A stretch of 34,662 nt of DNA from Nitrososphaerota archaeon. Its GTDB lineage: Archaea > Thermoproteota > Nitrososphaeria > Nitrososphaerales > Gagatemarchaeaceae. Shown here piece by piece: positions 25,568-32,847 of this stretch. Each line of letters begins with the position of its first letter. Positions within the stretch are counted from its first letter, which is position 1. The DNA lies in NCBI GenBank assembly GCA_005877185.1, contig VBPQ01000028.1, forward strand, positions 1 through 34,662, in the 5' to 3' direction. The translations under genes were made by a program, and so were the position numbers. The notes beneath the pieces are model-generated. The model was not told the origin of the DNA, searched no databases, and saw only the letters and a program-made list of their open reading frames with translations.

Positions 25568-26239
25568 TCACTCGGCTTCGGTCTCGACCTGCTCTTCCTC
25601 GATGAGCTTCGTTTCGAAGTCCTCAATCGCGTACTTCATCGGCTGGTCAGGGGAGAGCAACCCCGCGTGGGTGAGGACGGCGTGGGCGAGCAGCCAGAAA
25701 ATCGCGGCGATCGCCTTTCGACCCCTGTTGTTTCCGGGGATTACCAGGTCGATATCGTCCGTCACGTTGTCGGTGTCGCAGACGGCGATCACGGGTATGC
25801 CGAGTTTCCCCGCCTCGACGACTGCCTGGGCATCGGAGAGCGGGTCGGCGACTAAGACGAGCTCAGCGTCGATGTGGCCCGGGTAGAGGGGGTTGGTGAA
25901 GGTACCAGGCATGAACCGCCCTACCTGCGGAATCGCGCCTGTCAGCTCGCAGAACTTCTCGACGGCGTTCGCCCCGTAGTCCTTGCTCGTGTAGACTACG
26001 GTGTTCTGGGGGCCGGTGAAGGCGATGAACTTTCCAGCGATGTCTATCCTCTGCAGGGTCTTGGAGTAGTCAATCATGTGAAGGCCGTCGGGGCGCGGGC
26101 GTGTCGTGAAGGATTCCATCGTCTTCGTCCTGACGGGAGTTCCTATCCTGATGCCCGTGGCTAGAAGAGCCTTCTCCGAAAGCTGAGCTATGACCATCTT
26201 CTCGGCGGACCCGGACTCGTCCTCCTCGTACTGAGACAA
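25568..26239 (-). CDS. rps2: 30S ribosomal protein S2 (uS2)
   Basis: LLATGIRIGT...HMIDYSKT...VADPLSDAQAVVEAGKLGIPVIAVCDTDN is the typical archaeal uS2 pattern. TTG start (the internal ATG at codon 15 is also possible). Confidence 0.92.
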   Translation of the reverse strand: MSQYEEDESGSAEKMVIAQLSEKALLATGIRIGTPVRTKTMESFTTRPRPDGLHMIDYSKTLQRIDIAGKFIAFTGPQNTVVYTSKDYGANAVEKFCELTGAIPQVGRFMPGTFTNPLYPGHIDAELVLVADPLSDAQAVVEAGKLGIPVIAVCDTDNVTDDIDLVIPGNNRGRKAIAAIFWLLAHAVLTHAGLLSPDQPMKYAIEDFETKLIEEEQVETEAE

Positions 26240-26242
26240 CCC

Positions 26243-27475
26243 CTAATCCACCTTCGCCATTCTTGCCCTGTCCAACTTTTCGGCCCTCATCAGAAGGGCA
26301 TTTAACTTTGCAGTGCGCTCCGCGCCCACTATCCCGCACTTCATCAGAGCGCACCCAAATCCGATCGCTATATCGGCGAGGTGGGGGTCCTCGTTGTCTC
26401 CCGACCGATGAGAGGCGATGAGTGTCTGTCCCCCTTTCTTGGAGGAGGAGCTGAACTCCTGCGCCTCGCCGAGAGTTCCGACCTGATTCACCTTTACGAT
26501 AACCCCGCTCGTGCTCTTTCGGCGCGCTCCCTCCTCCAGCCTCTCCAAGTTGGTCGTGTAGAGGTCATCACCGACTACGAGTCTCTTCCCCCTGAGCGAG
26601 GAGGTGAGGTCGGCGAAGCCGTCGAAGTCTTCCTCCTGAAGAGGGTCCTCGACGTAGAAGAGGTCAAACCTGTCGCAGAGCTCCGCCACATAGGAGAGCT
26701 GCCCCTCCCTGTCGACAGACTTTCCGGAAGCGCGGTACCAGTACCTCCCGTCCTTCGGGTTGTACAGCGAGCCGGCTGCGAAGTCGACCCCAACCCGAAT
26801 CTTCCTCCCAGACTTGTCGGCGACCTCCCGCGCAGCCTCCGAAGCCAGTTGAATGGCCTCTTCGTCAGTCAGGCCCGGGCACCACCCTCCCTCGTCCCCC
26901 CTCCCGACGGGGTAGGGGAGTCTGCTCGAGAGCTCCCTTCCGACCCTGGAATGAACATCGAAGTTGAGCTGGATTGCCTCCCTCACGGACCTGGCACCGA
27001 GGGGGGCGACGAGTACCTCTTGGATGCTCGGCGACTTCTCGCCCGCGTGCTTCCCTCCGCCGATCACATTCCCCAGCGGGTAGGGGAGCGAGTTGCAGCG
27101 GGGGTCGATTAGACGACAGGGGAGAACTCCTCTCGCGCTCGAGGCGGCGACGGCGGCCGCGAGGCTGATGGAGTATGCCGCCGAGCCACCTATCCTAGAG
27201 TAGTTCGGCGTCCCGTCAATCTTCTTTATGGTGGAGGCGAGTCCCCGGAGGTCGGCCGCGTCCTCGCCGATGACCCTGCGCTTGTAGGTGGAAACAAGCC
27301 TAGCGGTCTCGTCTGGGCCGCCGGGGGAGAAGGGTGCCGCCTCATGAATGCCGCGGCTCGCACCGGAGGGGGAAAGCGCTCTTCCGACCTCGCCGCCGGC
27401 CGAGAGCTCTGCCTCGATTCCCGGGTCGCCCCTCCCGTTGAACGCGACCCGCGCCGAGAGCGCTTGTATGCGCAA
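26243..27475 (-). CDS. eno: Enolase (divergent)
   Basis: SPSGASRGIHEA, IQEVLVAP, DFAAGS, YVEDP, VGDDL, KVNQVGT, SHRSGDNED, MKCG...ERTAKLNALLR. The start is set to TTG 27475, giving (M)RIQALSARVAFNGRGDP. The track's extra 69 aa overlap rpoN. Confidence 0.85.
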   Translation of the reverse strand: MRIQALSARVAFNGRGDPGIEAELSAGGEVGRALSPSGASRGIHEAAPFSPGGPDETARLVSTYKRRVIGEDAADLRGLASTIKKIDGTPNYSRIGGSAAYSISLAAAVAASSARGVLPCRLIDPRCNSLPYPLGNVIGGGKHAGEKSPSIQEVLVAPLGARSVREAIQLNFDVHSRVGRELSSRLPYPVGRGDEGGWCPGLTDEEAIQLASEAAREVADKSGRKIRVGVDFAAGSLYNPKDGRYWYRASGKSVDREGQLSYVAELCDRFDLFYVEDPLQEEDFDGFADLTSSLRGKRLVVGDDLYTTNLERLEEGARRKSTSGVIVKVNQVGTLGEAQEFSSSSKKGGQTLIASHRSGDNEDPHLADIAIGFGCALMKCGIVGAERTAKLNALLMRAEKLDRARMAKVD

Positions 27476-27486
27476 CGCTGAACCAG

Positions 27487-27699
27487 TCAGTAGTTTGTGC
27501 CCTTCTTGCCGAAGAACGGAAGGACCTGGTCGATGACGTCGACGGAGGAGATCAGCATCCGCCTGCAGCAGTACCTCTTCAGCCCGAGTTCGTCTAGAAC
27601 CTTTGCCGGGTCCTCTCCCGCCTTTACCTTCGTCTCGAAGGTAGAAAACTTGTCTCCGACAAGGGAGCCGCAGGTGAAGCACCTAATTGGGATCATCAT
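27487..27699 (-). CDS. rpoN: DNA-directed RNA polymerase subunit N (Rpo10)
   Basis: [11 protein letters not shown]...[11 protein letters not shown]. The start is set to the ATGATG at 27699/27696. Confidence 0.92.
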   Translation of the reverse strand: MMIPIRCFTCGSLVGDKFSTFETKVKAGEDPAKVLDELGLKRYCCRRMLISSVDVIDQVLPFFGKKGTNY

Positions 27700-27883
27700 A
27701 GATGGCCCATCCTCGCTCCGTGGTCCCAAATAAGACCTTCTGTCGCTGCATCGCAAGTCTTCCATGCCTCGCGCTGACAAGCCTTCGCATGATCCACTGC
27801 TTGAGTTGCCTCATCTACCGGGGCTGAGAGCTTTCCAGGGAAAACTGCCTTCACCACCCGAAGCATGCGGTTCGGTCATCACC

Positions 27884-28432
27884 TTACCGATAGCTCTTCT
27901 GCCTCTTTCTCCGCGCACCCGGCCCACCAAACTTCTTCGGCTCTGCTTGTCTCGGGTCGCCCGAGAGGAGATATTTATTGTATGCATTCATCCTCTCCCT
28001 CGCCTCGTTTCCTCTTGACTGGTCCACGTACGCCCTCGCGATTGCCATCGCCGCCGCGTCCGCCTGGCCCATGAAGCCCCCGCCCGCAACCTTCACGTCG
28101 ATGTCGAACCTCTCCCTCAACTCTCCCGAGACTAGAGCGGGACCGAGCATGTGCAGCCTCGCCACCTCTGGCTCCCAAAGCTCAAGGATGCGTCCGTTGA
28201 CCCTGACCTTCCCCGTACCCGGATAAATCGAAGCGGTCGCCCTGGCAGTCTTTCTCGCCCCAGAATAAAGCTTGACCCTCTTCGCCTGCAACTTTGGTGG
28301 GACTTTCTTCTTCTCCTCCTTCTTCTCTGGCCGCTTCGGCGCCGGGACCGCCTCCTCCTGAGTCACCTTCCCCTCCTCCTTCTCCTCCTCCTCGCCCCTC
28401 TGACTTTTCGCATATCCCGTTCCTGTCATCAT
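27884..28432 (-). CDS. rps9: 30S ribosomal protein S9 (uS9) with a 47-aa E/K-rich N-terminal extension
   Basis: Core KLYSGARKTARATASIYPGTGKVRVNG...GGPGARRKRQKSYR. The extension MMTGTGYAKSQRGEEEEKEEGKVTQEEAVPAPKRPEKKEEKKKVPPK is in frame. GGAG lies 8 nt upstream of the ATG. The canonical-length alternative start is TTG 28291. Confidence 0.85.
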   Translation of the reverse strand: MMTGTGYAKSQRGEEEEKEEGKVTQEEAVPAPKRPEKKEEKKKVPPKLQAKRVKLYSGARKTARATASIYPGTGKVRVNGRILELWEPEVARLHMLGPALVSGELRERFDIDVKVAGGGFMGQADAAAMAIARAYVDQSRGNEARERMNAYNKYLLSGDPRQAEPKKFGGPGARRKRQKSYR

Positions 28433-28438
28433 GGCAGT
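28292..28438 (-). repeat. 147-bp direct repeat, copy A (5' end of the S9 gene plus 6 nt of leader)
   Basis: Identical to 28916..29062 except for one position (28407 T versus 29031 C, which gives K versus R). Confidence 0.95.
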
Positions 28439-28444
28439 GTCTCC

Positions 28445-29056
28445 TCACTCGCTCCATCCAAGGTTCTTCGAAAGCTCCTTCACGGTGATATAGACCGGGA
28501 TGGGCCTCGTCGCCTGAGCATCTTCAAACCTGGCGAAATTCATCGCCTTCATCTCCTCCGGGACTCCGATGTAGATCCTGAGTCGCTTCATCGCGGCAGC
28601 TCCCTTCGGCTTCCGCCTAGGGACCATCCCCCTCACCATCCTCCTCAGAATCGTGTCTGGTCTCCTGGGGTGGATCGGGCCGTAAATCGGGTTCACCCTG
28701 CTCGCGATTTCTAGCCTCTCCATCCACTGACGGATGACGCTGTTCCTCGCCCCGGAGATAAGCGCCCTCTCAGCGTTCACCACGGTTACACGCTTCCCGA
28801 CGAGGATCAGCTTCGCGACTTTCGAGCAGAGCCTCCCGGCAATCTGGTCTGTAGCGTCGATATTGACCATCCCGCCGAGATGGCTTGCATCGACCATCGC
28901 GACGGGCGGGGGACCCTTTGGTGGGACTTTCTTCTTCTCCTCCTTCTTCTCTGGCCGCTTCGGCGCCGGGACCGCCTCCTCCTGAGTCACCTTCCCCTCC
29001 TCCTTCTCCTCCTCCTCGCCCCTCTGACTTCTCGCATATCCCGTTCCTGTCATCAT
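28445..29056 (-). CDS. rpl13: 50S ribosomal protein L13 (uL13) with the same 47-aa E/K-rich N-terminal extension
   Basis: Core IDATDQIAGRLCSKVAKLILVGKRVTVVNAERALISG. The extension MMTGTGYARSQRGEEEEKEEGKVTQEEAVPAPKRPEKKEEKKKVPPK is in frame. GGGAGGGGGA lies upstream of the ATG. Canonical-length alternative starts are ATG 28897 or 28870. Confidence 0.85.
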   Translation of the reverse strand: MMTGTGYARSQRGEEEEKEEGKVTQEEAVPAPKRPEKKEEKKKVPPKGPPPVAMVDASHLGGMVNIDATDQIAGRLCSKVAKLILVGKRVTVVNAERALISGARNSVIRQWMERLEIASRVNPIYGPIHPRRPDTILRRMVRGMVPRRKPKGAAAMKRLRIYIGVPEEMKAMNFARFEDAQATRPIPVYITVKELSKNLGWSE

Positions 29057-29062
29057 GGCAGT
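28916..29062 (-). repeat. 147-bp direct repeat, copy B (5' end of the L13 gene plus 6 nt of leader)
   Basis: See copy A. The offset between copies is exactly 624 nt. Confidence 0.95.
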
Positions 29063-29158
29063 ATCCCCCTCCCTACACGGTGACGAGCCTTATCCTCAGC
29101 ATCTTGTCTCCCTTTTGAAGGAACGGCTCGACGCTGTTGTTGTACGAAGACGCAGGGT

Positions 29159-29515
29159 TCACTCGACAAGCAGAACACCGCTCCCCTTCGGATACTTCTT
29201 CACGAAATCCTGGACTCCGAGCGCCTGACCTCCAGCATCCTCGATCTTCTTCCTCGCCGCGCCTGAGTAGGAGTAAGCCCCCACGACAAGCTTCTTCGTC
29301 AGGAGACCCGAACCCAAGACCTTCCCCGGGACGAAGACCGCCGTGGCCTTCGAAACGATCCCTGAAATATGGTCGAGGTTCACCTCCACTCTCCTGGAGG
29401 AGGTCGTCAGGAGCATTTCGGAAGCCTCCTTCCAGATCGCCGCCTTCTCCTTCCTCCCTTTCCGCTCGAGCATCACCGCCGCCGATTTGCGGATGGGGTT
29501 TCTAGTGGTCATCAC
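29159..29515 (-). CDS. rpl18e: 50S ribosomal protein L18e
   Basis: TTRNPIRKSAAVMLERKGRKEKAAIWKEASEML...VFVPGKVLGSG...AGGQAL is the L18e pattern. The start is GTG 29515 or ATG 29512, which overlaps the rpoD TGA. Confidence 0.9.
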   Translation of the reverse strand: MMTTRNPIRKSAAVMLERKGRKEKAAIWKEASEMLLTTSSRRVEVNLDHISGIVSKATAVFVPGKVLGSGLLTKKLVVGAYSYSGAARKKIEDAGGQALGVQDFVKKYPKGSGVLLVE

Positions 29516-30144
29516 TTCTCGGCCACGCTAACCTGTATCTCCTTGAGCTTTTCCTCAAGGATCTGGACTGCCTTCACGACGATCTCCCTGGCGGGGAGGC
29601 TTCCCGCTGTTTCGACCTTTAGCAAGAAGCTGTCGCCTGACTTCCCGTCGGTGAGGGAGGCGATGCTGCAGGGCTGCCATTTCGCGTGCTCCTTCCCCCT
29701 GCCCAGCCTCGCATAAGCCTCGAGCTTGACGGCCTGACCAGGCGCCAGCTTGATGAGGGGGATGGTCTCGCTTATCGGACGGATGTCCCTGTCCTCTGAC
29801 ACGAGGTCCCCGGAATAGACGGTCTTTATCTTGTCTTGCGCTGACGCATCCAAGACGAGGAGCACGCGGCACTTGTGGCAGCCCAGAGGAGAGCCGCAGT
29901 CACACTTCTCGGGGAGGATGTACCTCTCGAGGTCAGTCTTGATAGGGACCATCCCGAGCCTGTGGGCGAGAATCTCGTCGTAGAGGACCGACGAGTTCTC
30001 GAGAATCACGACGTCATCGATGGCCATCGAAGGGACCTCGGAGATGCAAAATCTCCTGACGGCGTTCGCGTACGACCTGTCGATCCCGTCGAGCTGAAGG
30101 GTGACCTCGTTGCCGGATTCCTCGATAAGCTTGACCTTAGGCAT
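29512..30144 (-). CDS. rpoD: DNA-directed RNA polymerase subunit D (Rpo3)
   Basis: MPKVKLIEESGNEVTLQLDGIDRSYANAVRRFCISEVPSMAIDDV..., plus the Cys cluster CDCGSPLGCHKC. ATG 30144 is preferred over the track's GTG 30153. Confidence 0.92.
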   Translation of the reverse strand: MPKVKLIEESGNEVTLQLDGIDRSYANAVRRFCISEVPSMAIDDVVILENSSVLYDEILAHRLGMVPIKTDLERYILPEKCDCGSPLGCHKCRVLLVLDASAQDKIKTVYSGDLVSEDRDIRPISETIPLIKLAPGQAVKLEAYARLGRGKEHAKWQPCSIASLTDGKSGDSFLLKVETAGSLPAREIVVKAVQILEEKLKEIQVSVAEK

Positions 30145-30211
30145 CCGCAACACCAGCTGGTTGACTTTTCACCATGCGAAGGGGCACGTTTCGCCGCGAG
30201 CGGGAATCTGG

Positions 30212-30218
30212 TTTAAAA
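30212..30218 (-). promoter_or_regulatory. Possible TATA box (TTTTAAA on the minus strand) for the rpoD-led operon
   Basis: An AT-rich heptamer in the divergent rpoD/S13 intergenic region, about 68 nt upstream of ATG 30144. Confidence 0.3.
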
Positions 30219-30262
30219 GGATTGTTCGGCCATCTTGCCTTTTCGCGCTTCGCTCATAACAG

Positions 30263-30270
30263 TTTATAAT
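30263..30270 (+). promoter_or_regulatory. TATA box TTTATAAT for S13-S4-S11
   Basis: Lies 25 nt upstream of ATG 30295, which would give a near-leaderless transcript. Confidence 0.45.
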
Positions 30271-30294
30271 GCAAAGAGGACGGGCTCGACTGAG

Positions 30295-30801
30295 ATGTCG
30301 GAAAGCGTAGAGTTCAAGCACCTGGTGAGGATTCACGGCAAGGACCTCGACGGGGGGAAGAAACTCGTCGTGGCGCTCTCCGATATCAAGGGCGTCGGCG
30401 ACAACTTTGCCGCCAGCACCGTCTCCAAGCTCGGTCTAGACCCTCGTGCGAGGGTTGGCTTCCTCTCCGAGGCTCAGATACAGCTTGTCGAGAAGGCCCT
30501 GCAAGACCCCGCGTCGTTGGGGCTACCTCAGTGGTTCTACAACAGAAGGAGAGACCCAGAGACGGGTGAGAGCAAGCAACTCCTCGGGTCCGACTTGGAC
30601 CTGGCCCTGAAGAACGACATCGACAGGGAGAGTAACCAAAGGTCGTGGAAGGGGATACGTCACGCCCTCGGCTTGAAGGTGAGGGGGCAGAGGACGAGGA
30701 CGACAGGGAGGAAGGGAAGGACAGTCGGGGTGAGGAAGGCCGCGTTGGTCGCAGCCGCGAAGCAGGCGGCGGGCGAAGCCAAGAAGGAGGAGAAGAAGTG
30801 A
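30295..30801 (+). CDS. rps13: 30S ribosomal protein S13 (uS13)
   Basis: MSESVEFKHLVRIHGKDLDGGKKLVVALSDIKGVG...GLKVRGQRTRTTGR. The start is moved to ATG 30295. K/E-rich C-terminal tail. Confidence 0.92.
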   Translation: MSESVEFKHLVRIHGKDLDGGKKLVVALSDIKGVGDNFAASTVSKLGLDPRARVGFLSEAQIQLVEKALQDPASLGLPQWFYNRRRDPETGESKQLLGSDLDLALKNDIDRESNQRSWKGIRHALGLKVRGQRTRTTGRKGRTVGVRKAALVAAAKQAAGEAKKEEKK

Positions 30802-30804
30802 CTC

Positions 30805-31326
30805 GTGGGAGACCCCAAGAAGCCACGCAAGCGGTATTCTCGACCGAAGAGTCCGTGGAGGTCTGAACAGCTCGCTCAGGAACTCTACCTCCTCGGAATA
30901 TACGGTCTGAGAAACAAGAGGGAGCTATGGAGGGCCCAGTCTCAGCTGAGTTCGACGAGGAAGCAGGCGAGAACCCTCCTCGCAGCCACTCAGGAGGTCA
31001 GGCAGAGAGACGAGAAGAAGTTCATGGACAGCCTTGTCAGGAAGGGCCTGGTAAAGTTAGGGTCACCACTAGACGACGTGCTGAGCCTCACAGTCGAGGA
31101 CGTGCTGGCGAGGCGCCTCCAGTCCATGATCTTCAAGAGGGGAATGGCAGTCTCTCCCCTGCAGGCGCGGCAGGCAATCGTCCACGGCCATGTAATCATC
31201 GGAGAGAGGCGTATCACGATACCCAGTTATCCTGTCGCGCGCGAGGAGGAGGAGAAGATCAAGCTCCTCGGCGGGTCGCGTTCCCCGCCCGCAAAGGAGG
31301 CTGCCATCCCGCCGGAGGCGAGGTAA
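30805..31326 (+). CDS. rps4: 30S ribosomal protein S4 (uS4)
   Basis: (M)GDPKKPRKRYSRPKSPW... plus an S4 RNA-binding domain (LESVLARRLQ-like: VEDVLARRLQSMIFKRG). GTG start. Confidence 0.92.
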   Translation: MGDPKKPRKRYSRPKSPWRSEQLAQELYLLGIYGLRNKRELWRAQSQLSSTRKQARTLLAATQEVRQRDEKKFMDSLVRKGLVKLGSPLDDVLSLTVEDVLARRLQSMIFKRGMAVSPLQARQAIVHGHVIIGERRITIPSYPVAREEEEKIKLLGGSRSPPAKEAAIPPEAR

Positions 31327-31731
31327 TTGGCGGAGGAGGAGGCGCTGAAGGATCGCTGGGCCGTCGTCCACATCTACAGCAGCTACAACAACACCATCGT
31401 GCACATCACGGACATCACGGGGGCGGAGACGATCTCCTTCTCCTCAGGCGGCAGGCACGTGAAGGCGGACAGGTTCGAGTCGTCACCTTATGCGGCGATG
31501 CGTTCAGCGAGCGCCGCCTCGGAGGTCGCCAAGACGAAGGGGATTACGGCGGTCCACATCAAGGTGAGCGCGGTCGGCGGAACGGGGCCAAGGACGCCGG
31601 GGCCGGGTGCGCAGGCGGCGATCAGGGCAATCGCGAGGGCTGGGTTCAGGATTGGAAGGATAGAGGATGTGACCCCAATCCCCCACGACACGACACGTAA
31701 GAAGGGCGGAAGGCGGGGAAGAAGAGCCTAG
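31327..31731 (+). CDS. rps11: 30S ribosomal protein S11 (uS11)
   Basis: [26 protein letters not shown]...[34 protein letters not shown] start directly after the S4 stop. Confidence 0.92.
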   Translation: MAEEEALKDRWAVVHIYSSYNNTIVHITDITGAETISFSSGGRHVKADRFESSPYAAMRSASAASEVAKTKGITAVHIKVSAVGGTGPRTPGPGAQAAIRAIARAGFRIGRIEDVTPIPHDTTRKKGGRRGRRA

Positions 31732-32712
31732 TCAGAGCCTACGTAAGGTTTCAACGCTATCGACTTTCCCATCGCCGTCGAGGTCGGTCCCTCTCAGGAC
31801 GCCTCCCCATCTTCCACTCCTGTACCCCTTCAGAGTGTCATCGGCGAAGGTCGTGAGGGCCAGAATCCCTGCCTTCGTCCCCGCGCCGGTGACGCCCGCG
31901 CAGATTACGCAGGTCCTCGATTCGTCCCAAGGGTTGGGCCCCTTCACGACCATGCAATCAAAGTCTGATTCGTATACCCTCCCTCTGTCGTCGCTGAACG
32001 AGGTCCAGGACCCATCGTCCGCGAACTTGATGGGGAGGTACTTGTTTATCTCGGCTGATATGACGTTCGTTCGCGGACCTCCCACGATTATCATGTTGGA
32101 GCGTTCAAGCTTCTCGGCTCTGATGTCGACGTCAAGCTTTACAGGGAAGGCGGTTGGAAGCCTGACAAACTGGCCCAAGGCGAACCCTAGCTGGACGGCG
32201 TAGTGGCCATCCCTACCCAGAGTCATCCTGGGACCGTGAGGGGATGGTGAGCCCACGACGATCCAACCGTTGAAGGTCCCGCCACCGACAAACTCGTTGA
32301 AGAAGTTCCCGAAGGCCCTCGATCGGGTGGCGGCGGAGATCGAAGGAAGCACCTCACCCTTAACATCAAACTCGACGGCGTAGCCGTCTGAGGAGAGTGT
32401 GTAGACGTTCGCCCTCCCTCCCCGGACATCGTGGCTCTCCAATTTCGTGATGAGACCCGACCTCTGGAGCCGCCCGACATGATAATAGACCGTCTGGTGG
32501 TGGGTCTTGAGCTCACGAGCGATCTGGGCTGGATACTTGGGACCCTTTGCGAGAATCGCAAGAATCTTCCGCCCCACCTCGGTGAAGGCTGGCGCGAAGG
32601 GCCTCGGAGAGTCTGAGACAAGGACCCTCCGTGCGGTCGCCCCTTGGGACTTGGGGTCGAAGAGCAGTTTCTCTTCAGCCATGACTCGTTGGGGCGACAT
32701 GAGGGGGGACAT
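31732..32712 (-). CDS. Winged-helix (ArsR-like) HTH protein with a ~200-aa C-terminal domain of unknown function
   Basis: KILAILAKGPKYPAQIARELKTHHQTVYYHVGRLQRSGLI is a wHTH. The C-terminal part has IIVGGPRTN, VICAGVTGAGTKAG and a terminal DLDGDGKVD motif. Start is ATG 32712, 32700 or 32682. Confidence 0.6.
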   Translation of the reverse strand: MSPLMSPQRVMAEEKLLFDPKSQGATARRVLVSDSPRPFAPAFTEVGRKILAILAKGPKYPAQIARELKTHHQTVYYHVGRLQRSGLITKLESHDVRGGRANVYTLSSDGYAVEFDVKGEVLPSISAATRSRAFGNFFNEFVGGGTFNGWIVVGSPSPHGPRMTLGRDGHYAVQLGFALGQFVRLPTAFPVKLDVDIRAEKLERSNMIIVGGPRTNVISAEINKYLPIKFADDGSWTSFSDDRGRVYESDFDCMVVKGPNPWDESRTCVICAGVTGAGTKAGILALTTFADDTLKGYRSGRWGGVLRGTDLDGDGKVDSVETLRRL

Positions 32713-32818
32713 AAAGAGCTTTGCATGGTATGAGGGTCCCCGAAAGGCCCTGAAGCGAACTCGCGGTCACACCATGCACATCCAGCTCCGCATTGAAAGG
32801 ACCATGCCTTTCTAGACC

Positions 32819-32825
32819 TTATAAG
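32819..32825 (+). promoter_or_regulatory. TATA box (CCTTATAAGC) for glmS
   Basis: Lies 22 nt upstream of ATG 32848, which would give a leaderless-type arrangement. Confidence 0.45.
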
Positions 32826-32847
32826 CCCGCGCGCAGAGCCCGCAAAT

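Noticed and set aside
26243-27475. Enolase looked like a possibly inactive paralog (GASRG instead of GASTG, SHRSGDNED instead of SHRSGETED).
   Set aside because: The metal ligands and catalytic residues appear to be present: D in DFAAGS, E in VEDP, D in GDDL, K in KVNQ, K in MKCG and E in IQEVLVAP. It is therefore most simply a divergent but functional enolase. This is worth an alignment check, but it is not a finding.
26243-27682. A 479-aa version of enolase that overlaps rpoN.
   Set aside because: The first 69 residues overlap rpoN and are not enolase-like. TTG 27475 gives the canonical N-terminus (RIQALSARVAFNGRGDP).
27850-27883. A C/D-box sRNA-like GTGATGA immediately after the S9 stop (minus strand).
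   Set aside because: No CUGA D or D' box lies at the right spacing, and there is no terminal stem. Only a small CCGAA/TTCGG hairpin is present.
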